Shown piece by piece: positions 40,941 through 52,299 of a stretch of DNA of 64,000 nucleotides. Each line of letters opens with the position of its first letter. The stretch's first letter is position 1. This stretch comes from Octopus vulgaris (Eukaryota), in the NCBI GenBank assembly GCA_951406725.2, contig OX597824.1, positions 56,606,001 to 56,670,000 on the forward strand. The letters are read 5' to 3'. The position numbers were made by a program, and so were the translations under genes. The notes under the pieces were generated by a model. The model did not search any database. It had not been told where the DNA came from and worked only from the letters and a program-made list of their open reading frames with translations.

Positions 40941-42299
40941 AGGTAATATATACACTTAATATACACATAATATACATGTAGATGCATACACATGAACCTC
41001 TGTTCTTTCCTGCTGTGTGTGTATGTGTGTGTGTGTGTGTGTGTATACCTACATACACACACACATTCACACATGAAAAGTAGCAGTATTTGGAGATCCC
41101 ACAACATCCCTTCAAGATATACAAAAGCCAAATTGTTTCGATCAAATAATGGTAGTAGTAGTGATGGTAGCAGCAGCAGTAATAGTAGTAGTGTTGTCTG
41201 TTGATACCTTTCTGTGAATATGTGTGTGTGTGTGTGTGTGTGTGACATTGATACCCAGTCTGGCCTCTCTGCCTGAAATCTCCACAAAGAAATCTTTTGT
41301 AGAATTCATAGCTGCAGAATTTTGTTTATTTATTTATGTTTGTTTACAGATATTTGTTGTCTTGTTATTAAACCAATTGTGACAATCTTATACACACACA
41401 TCTTCTGATGCACACACTATCTTTCATTGACACACACATGTATACACACACTATCTTTCTCTAACACACACACACACACACCCTATCTCTCTCTCTGTTT
41501 CTGGCACACGAACATGCGAGTCAGAAGGTGGCATTTATCTGGCTGCTAGATCTGTTGGAAATAACAGCTAAATGTAATGACATAGCCTAATAATGATGTA
41601 GTTAGTTCCAAATTGATTTGATGGTCACAATGAAACACCTTTGATCATCGGTCTGTTGAATCAAATATAACTTGGAACTAAACAACAAGGATGATGGTGA
41701 CGATGATAAGTCATTATTTGATCCCAGCCACCAGCAGTACCTGCCAGAGTAGGGTAGGATGAGGTTCTGTAACATCACTAACGATGATTATAGCAGAGGT
41801 GTGTAGGTCTTAATGTGACGTCACTGACAATGATGAATGTAAATGTAGGAGAGGCCTGTAGATGTTAGTGTGATGTCACTAACAGTAGTAACTGTAGGAA
41901 AGGTCTGTTGCTGTTAGTGTGACATCACAAGCAATTGTGACTGGGGGAGGTGCTAAATTTTTACTGTTCAGTTGTCTATTGGAAAGTATCACTTAATGAG
42001 TTCGAGTATAACTAGTAATGTCCTACAAAATGCATGCACTGCTTTCCAGTGACACTAGTGATCGCAAGAAGACTACTATATACTCTTTGTTTGGCCAAAT
42101 GTTTTTTCCATGAGCTATTACTTGTTGTAAGAAGTGGAAAACTGGGTTTTTGGACACAGGTCCTTCGATAGAGCAACTGGTGCTAAGAGAGTTTAAAAGG
42201 TGAGTACAGAAACCAAATAAGGGATATCACAGTGAATAAGGATTGATGTGTGGTTGTTGAGAGAAGCTGACAGGATGATGAAGTGTGATGTGTTAAGGA

Positions 42300-42770
42300 G
42301 AAAGGTTGTTATTGTGATAGGGATGATTTAAAGATATTCGCAAAGTCTGAGAAAGAGGTCATTTCTTAAAAGAGTGAAAAGGTATTGTAGTGACATTGGA
42401 ATTGATTTTGATGTATCAAAATATGTGACTTTAGTCATAGAATAGTTATATCAGAAGAATGGATTTTAGAGCCTGATGAGACTGGGTACAAGTATCTAGA
42501 CATATAGGAACTTGATTATATCAAGTTCCTATATGTCTAGATACTTGTATGAGGAAATGAAAGCAAAAGCAAAAACAATATTTTTTATCAGATTAAAGTT
42601 AGTATTGAAGTCTAGATTTAATTCAAGGAACTTGATGAGACCAACAGTGATTGCCATCATACTCTACAGTGCTGGAATAGTGGATGGGATAAATGATGAA
42701 ACATGCATTAGGCAGATGAGAAAAGTCCCTCACTATGCATGGAAGGTTTCATCCAATGGCAAATATCAAT
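42300..42770 (+). pseudogene. R4/Dong-like RT remnant
   Basis: GYKYL...EEMK...RLKLVLKSRFNSRN...ILYSAGIVD pattern. Confidence 0.6.
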
Positions 42771-42849
42771 AAGGATATCCAGTGTGTTAACAATTCTGCC
42801 AGCTCGCCGCCTTAATTATGATGATAATAATTAATAATAATAATAATGA

Positions 42850-43066
42850 TAATCCTTTCTACTATAGGCACAATACCTGAAATTTGGGAAAGGGGAATAA
42901 TCGATTACATCGACCGCAGTTTTCAACTGGTACTGAATTTATTGACCCCGAAAGGATGAAAGGTAAAGTCAACCTTGGTGGAACTTGAACTCAGAATGCA
43001 GTGATGGGTGAAATACCGCCAAGCATTTCGTCCAGCATGCGAACAATTCTGCCAGATCGCCACCTT
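42850..43066 (-). mobile_element. SINE (third family) in (TAA)n
   Basis: aaggtggcgatctggcagaa...ttgactttacctttcatcctttcgggg; degraded relatives near 6930-7075 and 21235-21420. Confidence 0.7.
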
Positions 43067-43099
43067 AATAATAATAATAATAATAATGATGATGATAAT

Positions 43100-44530
43100 A
43101 ATCCTCTCTTTATTAACCACTGAGGGTTCATGTAAAAAAGATTGGAGACGGTACCAGACAATACAATACATATACAATGGGATTGAATCATGTAAAAAGG
43201 GAATAAGAATAAAAATTATAATTTGAAAAAGGCCAAATAGGAAAGTATTTGTCTGCAGTCCTTTCAACCTGGTCCACTACACAATCTCTTTCACTAAGGC
43301 CACCAGACAAAGAAACACTACCTGCCCTCCCCAGCCAAAAGAAGGTGGCCAGGCAATCTTCATGATAAGTGGATCTGTCCTACACATAACATGTGTTCGA
43401 CATAAACCCACTAGTCAGCATTGCTTGGGTATTGAATAAAAATTATAATTTGAAAAAGGTCAAATAGGAAAGTATTTGTCTGCAGTCCTTTCAACCTGGT
43501 CCACTACACAATCTCTTTCACTAAGGCCACCAGACAAAGAAACACTACCTGCCCTCCCCAGCCAAAAGAAGGTGGCCAGGCAATCTTCATGATAAGTGGA
43601 TCTGTCCTACACATAACATGTGTTCGACATAAACCCACTAGTCAGCATTGCTTGGGTATTGAACGAGAGTGTGCAGAACAGTTTTGTTGCTCTGCGTGCA
43701 CCTTGGGCAAGCCCGGCTGATAGTACTTTCATGTCTGTAGAGTTTATCCTGAACCTCCAAATCCACCCCCTGCCCCCACGATAGCTCTGCCAGGCCAGGG
43801 ATTTCTGAAAAGTATCCATGGGCCCTGGCCCGAAAGTCCTCCGAAACCAACTCATTCTTATTGATACCTAGAGTCTCCCCGAGAATGTCGTCGCATTTGC
43901 CCGCCACTAATCCTCTATAAAACACCTGAGTAGAACTCCCTCCGACTGCATTGCCAGACAGACAGAATACTGTGAGTGCCTGACAACACACTAGGTGCCA
44001 GGCACCCTGCCTCGGTCTACACTCGATCTAGGACTGCAGCACAGACAAAGAGACAAGCTGTTAAAAATCCTGTCTGACAAATGGCAACCACATCTACCCA
44101 CTGTCTGGGAAGCGCTGGAGATGTCGCAGCCTCGGTGCATGACTGTGCATCAGCAGTAACGACATGCCCATCCCTCCATTCAGCAGGTGTTGACAGCAAA
44201 TGGAGTGCCTGACCAGTGGAATGCGTTCTTTCCACAGAAAGTGGAATAGTAGGTGCTCCACTTTGGTCAAACATAATCTGGGGCAAGGTATGACAGTCAG
44301 GCGATAATATCTAATGGAGGCAATGTAAGCTTTCGCTACCTCTGCCCGACCTTTCAGGGATGGCTTTCTCTCGGCCCATTTCTGAGTGAGATTGGCCACC
44401 TTGCTCATCACCTCATCCCATTTCTTCACCTGGAGACCTGAACCAAACCAGACCCCGAAAAGTTTAACTGGTCCCTCCGTCCAGCATCCCAGATGCCAAG
44501 CTGCTAGCCTACTGAAGTTTTCTGGTTAAT
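43100..44530 (-). mobile_element. Tx1/L1-clade ORF2 3' fragment
   Basis: VKLFGVWF, KW.ERKPSLKGRAEV, FHFLWK, NGGMGM, CPRC...TVLH C-terminal finger; AATAAA at the 3' end. Confidence 0.85.
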
Positions 44531-44544
44531 TGCTTTAGCCAGTC

Positions 44545-46245
44545 ATTTGGTGCTTCTTATGTAGCTCCACATTTTGGCTTGCAATAAGGATATCATTTAA
44601 GTATGCAAAGGCAAAATTTAAGTATGCACAGTGTCCATCAAGCGTTGGAAGAATTGTGCTGCGTTTTTCAGTCCAAAGGGTGTACGTAAGAATTCATACA
44701 GACCGAAATGAGTGATCGCAGCGGTATTGTACAGGTATTTGGTAGTATCCTTGGATGAGGTCAACCTTGGAGAAAACCGAGCACCCAGCTAGCTGGGCTG
44801 AGAAATCCAGTATGTTTGGAATGGGATAGCGGTCAGGTGTCATATCTGTGTTGAGACGGCAGTAATCTCCACAAGGTCAATAACCTCTGTTTGATTGGTG
44901 GGGGGCACAAGCAAGGGTAATGGCCAGGATCTGCTTGATTGGCGAACTATGCCCAGTGCCTCCATATTGTTGAACTCGGCCTTTGTGATTGCAAGTTTGT
45001 TTGGTGATAGACGACATGCACAGCTGTGCACGGTGGGGAGGCGGTGGAGATGTGGTGTGTCACTCTGTGGTGGGCTGTAGGTTTGGAGAATGTCAGAGTG
45101 GTGAGATTGGAGCGACTTGCAAGAAGATTTGAGAATTTGTTCTTGGTCTGCGAGATGATTGCTATGCAGTGGGGTGGGGGAGGTATGTGCAGATGTTGCC
45201 AGAGACACGAAAGCGTTTGTGTTGTTGTTGATGAGCATTGCAAATCAACCAGTAGTAAGTGTGCTTGAAGAACGTCTACCCCGATAATGAGCTGATGGAC
45301 ATCGGCAATGGTGAATGTCTACGTGTATTTTTGTGAGCCAATGTTGAAAGAAAGGGTTCGGCGACTGCATGCCTCGATTGTGGACCTGTTAGCGGCTGTT
45401 AAAGGTTGGCTCCACTTAAAGGGATGTCCACTTTCTGTGACAGAGGTCCCTTGCCAATATCAGGATCACACTGACTTCTGCTCCTGTGTCGATTAGGAAC
45501 CTATGCCCAGAGTTCCGATCGTGGACATAGAGGGTGTTCACTGGTGGCTGGACCTAGAGTTTCCCTGGGTCAATGGTGAAGGGGTCCCAAAGCTATATAC
45601 CGTAAATCCTTGAGTATAAACCGCATTTTTTTCCCAAAATTTAAAGGTCAAAATCCCTAGTGTGTACTATATACAAGGTTGAAAATGAAAAATACTTTCT
45701 AAGCGATGTCCGAGTCTCTATTTGCTGTCCGGCAATGTTTATTCAGATGCATTTTGCAATGTCTGCGTATTATACTCAAGGGCGTACTATACTCAAGGAT
45801 TTACGGTAGTTGTTTGCACTTCGTAGCCTTTTTTCCAAACTTTGCATGGTAGAAGCACAAGTCATCATACTTAACCCTACCCTGTCTCAGGGCCAACTCT
45901 ATGGCGCTGACCATGACACCACTGGATGAAAAATACCTGTTGGCTGCCTTTGCTAATTGCTGCAAGTCCTTGATTGGGGTGGAATTTTGTTTTAGAATAT
46001 TTCCTTAAACAAAAAGGAAGGTGACTCACCGGGGTGGGGGGACTAATGCCAATATCCTGTCCATCAGTTCCGAAGTCTTGGAATCGCCTAATTCCTCCTC
46101 CAGTATCTTGGCTGCCGCTTCTCTTTCACTGCATCGGAATGTATCCACTACCCTATCTTTCAATATGGTGTATTTTTTCTTTGGTTGGGGTTGGGTTAAA
46201 ATGTCCAGCACTCTTGTTGCCATATCTTCGTCTAGTACCGCTACA
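44545..46245 (-). mobile_element. Decayed Ty3/Gypsy gag-PR-RT remnant
   Basis: gag LGDSKTSELMDRIL, PDRYPIP, FSKVDL, TPFGLKNAAQFFQR, AYLNDILI. Confidence 0.85.
45600..45806. mobile_element. MITE (Tc1/mariner-pogo type)
   Basis: TIR CCGTAAATCCTTGAGTATA, TA on both sides. Confidence 0.88.
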
Positions 46246-46247
46246 AC

Positions 46248-46880
46248 TTAGATTTTAAAGGTCCATTTCCATCTGCTACTCGTAACAAATATATTTTAAC
46301 AGTAGTTGATGAATATTCTAGATTTCCTTTTCTTATTCCATGTGAAGTCACTAGTACTCTAACAGTCGTCAAGAGTCTTTGCTCAATATTCTCAGTATTC
46401 AGTATGCCTAGTTATGTGCATTCAGATAGAGACTGCTGCTTCATATTGGAGGAATTGAAAGGATGGCTTCACAGTAAAAATGTTGCCACTAGTAAAACAT
46501 GCCCATATAACCCAAGAGGGAATGGACAGTGTGAACGATATAATGCTATCATTTGGAAAGCAATTGAACTTGGCTGCTGCTCCAGAAAACTTGATGTGAA
46601 ATTTTGGGAGGTTGTTTTGTCAGATGCACTTCATTTGATCCACTCCCTACTTTGTATAGCAACAAAAAATTTTACAAGACGATCTCTATATGGGACATTA
46701 ATTCCAACGTGGTTGAGTAATCCAGGTCCTGTCTTATTGAGACATTATATTCGCCAGTCAAAATATGATCCTTTTGTTGACAAAGTTCAGTTGATTGAAT
46801 GAAACCCCCAGTATCCTGTATCCAATATCCAGATGGTCGTGAAAGTAACATATCACTGCATGATCTAGCACCATGCAGTG
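46248..46880 (+). pseudogene. Gypsy integrase remnant (different element, opposite strand)
   Basis: LDFKGP, VVDEYSRFP, VHSDR, YNPRGNGQCERYN. Confidence 0.85.
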
Positions 46881-47394
46881 AGAGACCACAAAGTTCCAAA
46901 CGGGGTATTGGAAAGCGAATGACCAGTAATAATCCAGCGGTCAACAATTGTGAATTAAATTTAGTTCTTGTCGTGTCTTCCCCAAATAATTCTTTTGATC
47001 AAGCCTCAATGAACTCACCAGATCCAAACTTGATCAACTGGCTGGGGAGAACGATATGATTCTTCTGAGTGTCCTCTGGACTATTTTATAAGGAAGCTTC
47101 TGCACCTCTGCAGGCATATATAATGTAGTAGAATGTGCGGGACATAACAGTATCAACAGTTTCTAACTTTTCTTTTCTTTGATAATCTTGTTAATATTTA
47201 TTTCAAGAAGAACCATTCCCAAAGTCTTATGTTGGAATAATACTTATATTGATGGTTAACTTTGTTTTATTTCCTTCATTACAATGACAAAATTTTTTCC
47301 AACTAAATTGATTAACCTTTCAGAGATGAAATGATCTGCAACTGGGTTGAGCGATAATAATAATAAAAATAAATAAATAATAATAATAATAATA

Positions 47395-47866
47395 AATAGC
47401 AAAGTACTAGAAAGTAAGAATTATAAGATTTTTGGGACTTCAGACAAAGTGATAGAAGCTGGAAGGCTTGATTTAGTAGTAGTAGATAAAGAGAATAGAA
47501 AGTGCTAGATAATTGATTTTACAGTCCCAAATGAAGAAAAAATCAATATGAGAGGTACAGAAAAAATATCAAAGTACCAGGACGTAGCCATTGAATTACA
47601 GAGACTATGAAAAGTATGGATAAAATGTATCCCAGTAGTTATAGATACATTAGGAACTATCCCTTAAGATTTGAACAGATAGATAGAGGAAATAGGTATA
47701 AAACCCAGTATAGTATAGCTCCAGAAAACAGTGTTAGTAGGGACAGCTAGGATACTTAGGAGGGTTCTTGGCATCTAAGGTTACTTGTTGTAGCCCGATA
47801 TTGGGAATCTTTCTTTACTCACAGTCTAATCTGTTGTGTACATAACAATAATAATAATAATAATAA
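47395..47866 (+). mobile_element. R4/Dong-clade LINE 3' end (restriction-like endonuclease) in (TAA)n
   Basis: DLVVVDKE, IIDFTVP, EKISKYQD, IPVVI..LG, LQKTVLVGTARILRRVLG; TAA repeats on both sides. Confidence 0.85.
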
Positions 47867-47867
47867 T

Positions 47868-48140
47868 TTCTTTATTAACAACTAAGGGTTTACATAAAAA
47901 AAGCATTATGGACAACACAGGACAAATACAATGTGGAGGTTACATGAAAGTTGTGTAAACAATAATCGAATATAACAACAAAATTCCCCAAAAGAAGGAA
48001 GCCTCCCAGGACTGCTTGTGAAAACCCAGAAGTCCACAACAGTCCTGACCACCAGGGTAAGTGCCCTTTCCACTTTGTCTACAGGTGCATGCTTAGAGTA
48101 GGCCCATTCACTAGGGCCAGTCTTGCGATATTCACCCACC
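47868..48140 (-). mobile_element. Probable Tx1/L1 3' terminal fragment
   Basis: End resembles 43105-43160 (ctttattaac.act.agggtt.a...aaaaaag) next to (TAA)n. Confidence 0.45.
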
Positions 48141-50432
48141 TTTTAAAAAAATTGCCGGGGGAGTGTGTGTGTGTGCAAAACTTCCCTCACCACCCTCACT
48201 TTTATTTTCAAGTGAAATTTGAAAAAGCTGATGAGGGCTAGTGTCATAAATAATACTAAAAACACTTTTAAATTTTGCTAGTTCAATATAGGAAAATTTA
48301 AAGTCTTTTGACTTCAGAAATGTTCAACAATTAATTGTGAATCGTATGTTTCAGTGCAGAATAGTGCCCGTCATTTTCAAAGCTTGGATCCAAACCAACA
48401 CATGTTTAATTTAAGGTATGTTAAAATGGGATGCAAAAAGTTGTTAAAATCGTTTTTTTAAGCATCAACAAACATGGCATTTACATTTAAAGCTAATAAT
48501 TGAATGGTTATCAACATTTGACAGATTATTCATTTTGATGCATGTAGCCAAAAATAAACAGACAATAAACCAACATAAACCTACCACGGCTCAAAATATA
48601 TTTCAAATTTCTCAATGAAATCCTACAGAAATGGATATCATTAGGAGACCTACAGATAGCCTGTCTACAGATTTCAAACCGGCAGTTCTTTAATAATTAG
48701 TATAATTAGTGAATCCCTTTTAGATGTTCATTTATTTTTTTATGTTTTGGGGTTTATCAACATATCTGACAGTGAGGATCACTCCATGTTTGCTGAATTT
48801 ATTATTTGCATTGGAAATGGGGCTGAATATCAGTTCCTGAGGACACCCATGTAAAACTCTGAGTCCCCACTCACCATCCACCTTTCCTTTTACATGAAAG
48901 TGCAGGTAGTCTGTCAGACACGTCCATTGCACTACAAGTTTGAAGTTTATAAACATTTGTATGAGTTCTAATGTGTTCTAAGGTATTGACAAACAAATAC
49001 CCATATTGTTCACTGTGTGAAGGGAAATACATGTAATTTCCTGTTTATTTTTCATTTCATTTTGTATAGGTCACCACTTTTCTCTGATGATGAGAATGAT
49101 GACGATGATTCTGAGTATCAAAGATGGATACTTCAAAAGCCACCTCCTGTTGTTCAGTTTCCAAAAGAGAGAGCATCTCAACCTGCATTGTCTTCTCCAG
49201 AGCCAAGGAGATATCCACAGCTAACTGACATTCACTATACACCAAAAGAAAGAAGTGCAACTTGTTGGGAAAATCTGAACAGTTGTTGCATGGTAAGACA
49301 ATATTATATTGTTGGTATACTTTAGCGTATGTGGAAAGTGGTTTCAAATTTATTTATAAACAGAAAAATAAAACATTCTGTGTTTGAAAGCAGCTCTTGG
49401 GGTCATTTCATGGAGAGCTGTGTTTGAAATGTTTGCTTTCACATAATTACATTGCTTAAGAAATAATTACATTGCTTAAGAAATATTTGGCAGGTAAATG
49501 AGGGTAGAGTCAAAAGACAAAACACATTTTCAAGAATTTTACCAATTTAATCTATCTTGTTTCTAAAGGATTACTTAAAAACAATAAATTGTATAACTCA
49601 TCCTAATTGATCTGTTGATATTTGTGTGAGGATATAATTTTTAGCTTCAGCTAGCCACAACATCTCCATGTTGGACGTTTTCTCTTTTGGGTGAAGAGGT
49701 ATAAAAACTTTGCTTGTATTAGCATGAGGAATATAATACTGTAATATTAACTTTGGTCTTTTACTATTCTAGAGGCCTATGAGGCACTGAAACAAGGTGA
49801 TACTTTCCTGTTAAAAAGGTATCATAATTCCCATTTGTGGAATATGAAACCCCTACCCTTAATCATGGTAAACTATATATAAGGCCACAGATAGTTGATT
49901 GTTGGTTTAGCGATCTCTTTGATTCCAGAAAGCAAATGTGAAATAAGATTATTATAGATTGTGTATTATTTTCAGTATATCTGTAAACTACTAATGTCAT
50001 GAGATATACTCAGCAAGTATTGCGTAACTCTTCTCTACCTTCTTTTTCTATTTTCTATTTCAGTTTGGGATCAGCTGCTATTCACCACAATTGAAAAAAA
50101 TTAAGAGGAACAGTCCCAGCAGAGGGAAAAGGTGCAGTCTATACTGCAGTTAATTCAAAATATTCCATCCTCATCCTCAATTTCGGAGACAAGAAATCTC
50201 CCAGACACAATTCATTTCCCTTGTGAGAGTCAAGAGGATGTTGAGGCTTTGGAAGCTAAGTTAAGTGATAGTGTTTTTATGTCTTGGGGTTTATCAACAT
50301 ATCTGACAGTGAGGATCACTCCATGTTTGCTGAATTTATTATTTGCATTGGAAATGGGGCTGAATATCAGTTCCTGAGGACACCCATGTAAAACTCTGAG
50401 TCCCCACTCACCATCCACCTTTCCTTTTCCGG

Positions 50433-51310
50433 TGTTTGAGAGAAGATAAGATTTTATTAATAATGTGTTAAAGTGATAGTGTTAAGATGTGCTAGCAAGT
50501 GTTGTGTATGTGTGCATGCAACAAGTGTTTGTGTCTGTGTGTTCGTGTGTGTGACAGATACAAATAAGGTGAATGCGTATGACACAGAAATACAGAGCAC
50601 AGATGAAAGTCTCAGCATAGAGTTAAAGATGGAATTTGGATTACCAGTTCATAAGGCACACGATATGCAAGAGTTCTATAACAAGATGTTGTGTCTCGAG
50701 GCAGAGACCGGTTGGGCGAATATGTCGTGCCGCGGTTGTAGTCTCAACGCCGAGCTGAGTTCTCTTAATACAGAATTTCTTCATATGGGATGACTGTTAT
50801 ACGTGGTGAAAGGATTCACTCTAACAGCGTTAGTAAAACTGGTCGTGTTGGTGAGTACATGTCTGAAGTTGACGGTGGTAATGGCGACGATGGTAGAGAC
50901 AACTTGTAGTTGGTATGATGATGGTGACGACGGCGGCGGAGATAGAAGACATTCTGTCTGTCGCTGGTATATAATAGCGTCGTAGTGGCTGGCTGTCGTC
51001 TGTCGCTGGAAACTGGAACATAGCTGAGCATGATGCTGGTCAGTGACTAAACCTTAGAAGGTCTGGAGTCAAAGACGAAGAATAGTGAAAATGCAAGCCT
51101 ATTTATAGCCCGTGGTGGGCTCAAAGAAGGGCATCAAGAAGCAGGCCTTATCCGAAGGCCGTGATTGGTTGGCTTCACACTCTGGCGCGAAATAGGAAGT
51201 AGAGACAAATCGCGCCACATGTCAACCAATCAGATCAGTGGACACAACAGGAACAACCCAGCCAAAGATGGCTGTAATCTCAAACGAGATCATTCCTGCT
51301 GTGTCTTACA
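50433..51310 (-). mobile_element. Solo-LTR-like promoter module A
   Basis: TG...CA ends, minus-strand TATAAATA and AATAAA, CCAAT pair and TTCGCGCCA; homologous to 57787-58274; no TSD found. Confidence 0.5.
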
Positions 51311-52299
51311 GATCTGTCCACTTACATGTGACAATTGCTTCCTTCATTCTTCACATGCTTGTGTTTCCATATCCCCCACACACACCAAAGAAACTCACAC
51401 CCATCATTGTGTGCTCATCTCAGTACTCATAACTTCAGATTTGATTTGTTGTGAATGTATGGTAATTAAAAATATTTAAGCGCATCAACCTGTTATTCAG
51501 TTGAAAAGATTATTTGATTAAAGTCCCAGCGGGAACTTTAGAAAGTAACATGGTGCTTGTATACTGTAGTTTACTAGGTCTGTTTTACTGGTAAAATAAA
51601 GTAAGTCAACAATGGCGGTTAGCCATCATTTGCATAAACAATTTGGCAAGTGGACATCACATGCATAAACAATTTCCAAAACTTGATCATGTTTGTATGT
51701 TGTCACAAAATAGCTTAGATACTGAAATTGACGTTGTGCACCATATGTAATTAAATGTTGGGATATCTTTCTGGGCTCTTATATTTGCCAACAAAAGAAA
51801 AATGTTCTACTTAAACCAGTAGTCTGATGCTTCCACATCAGTGTTGGCTGCCTGTACAGGGAGCCAACACTGGTGAGGAAACATTGCTACACATTAGTCA
51901 ACAACTCGAGGAACTAGATTGGGTGATATTTAAACAATATGATTTGAGAACCTATGTAGTGAGTGCGCGATTTGAATATAGAGGCACCTACCTTCTCTTC
52001 GTAGTGACGGAGACCCTCCAGAGATGACTAGTCCTTCCTCACAGCCCCGACCCGAACACTAACGATAGCAGCTGCTAGCCCAAACCCTTAGCGACGTCCT
52101 CGCACGTCTTGTCACCTCCACGACCCACGTTGGAAAGGGCGATTTCCGCTCGCTGCGCACGCCTGACAGCTGACCCCTTCCGCTTGCCCCGCTTCCGGTC
52201 AACGCACCCAGCTGCTGACGTCCGGCTGCTGACGTCCGGCTGCTGACGTCCGGCTGCTGACGTCCAGCTGCTGACGTCATCCCACACGCCACCCTGATC

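Noticed and set aside
48228-48270. CTGATGA possible hammerhead (also CTGAAGA on the minus strand near 63490)
   Set aside because: No properly placed GAAA and stems.
49443-49483. 20-bp tandem duplication ataattacattgcttaagaa
   Set aside because: Ordinary slippage duplication.
52211-52280. Regular short repeats resembling a CRISPR array (also RTE 3' UTR units)
   Set aside because: No unique spacers, no cas genes, eukaryotic TE context.
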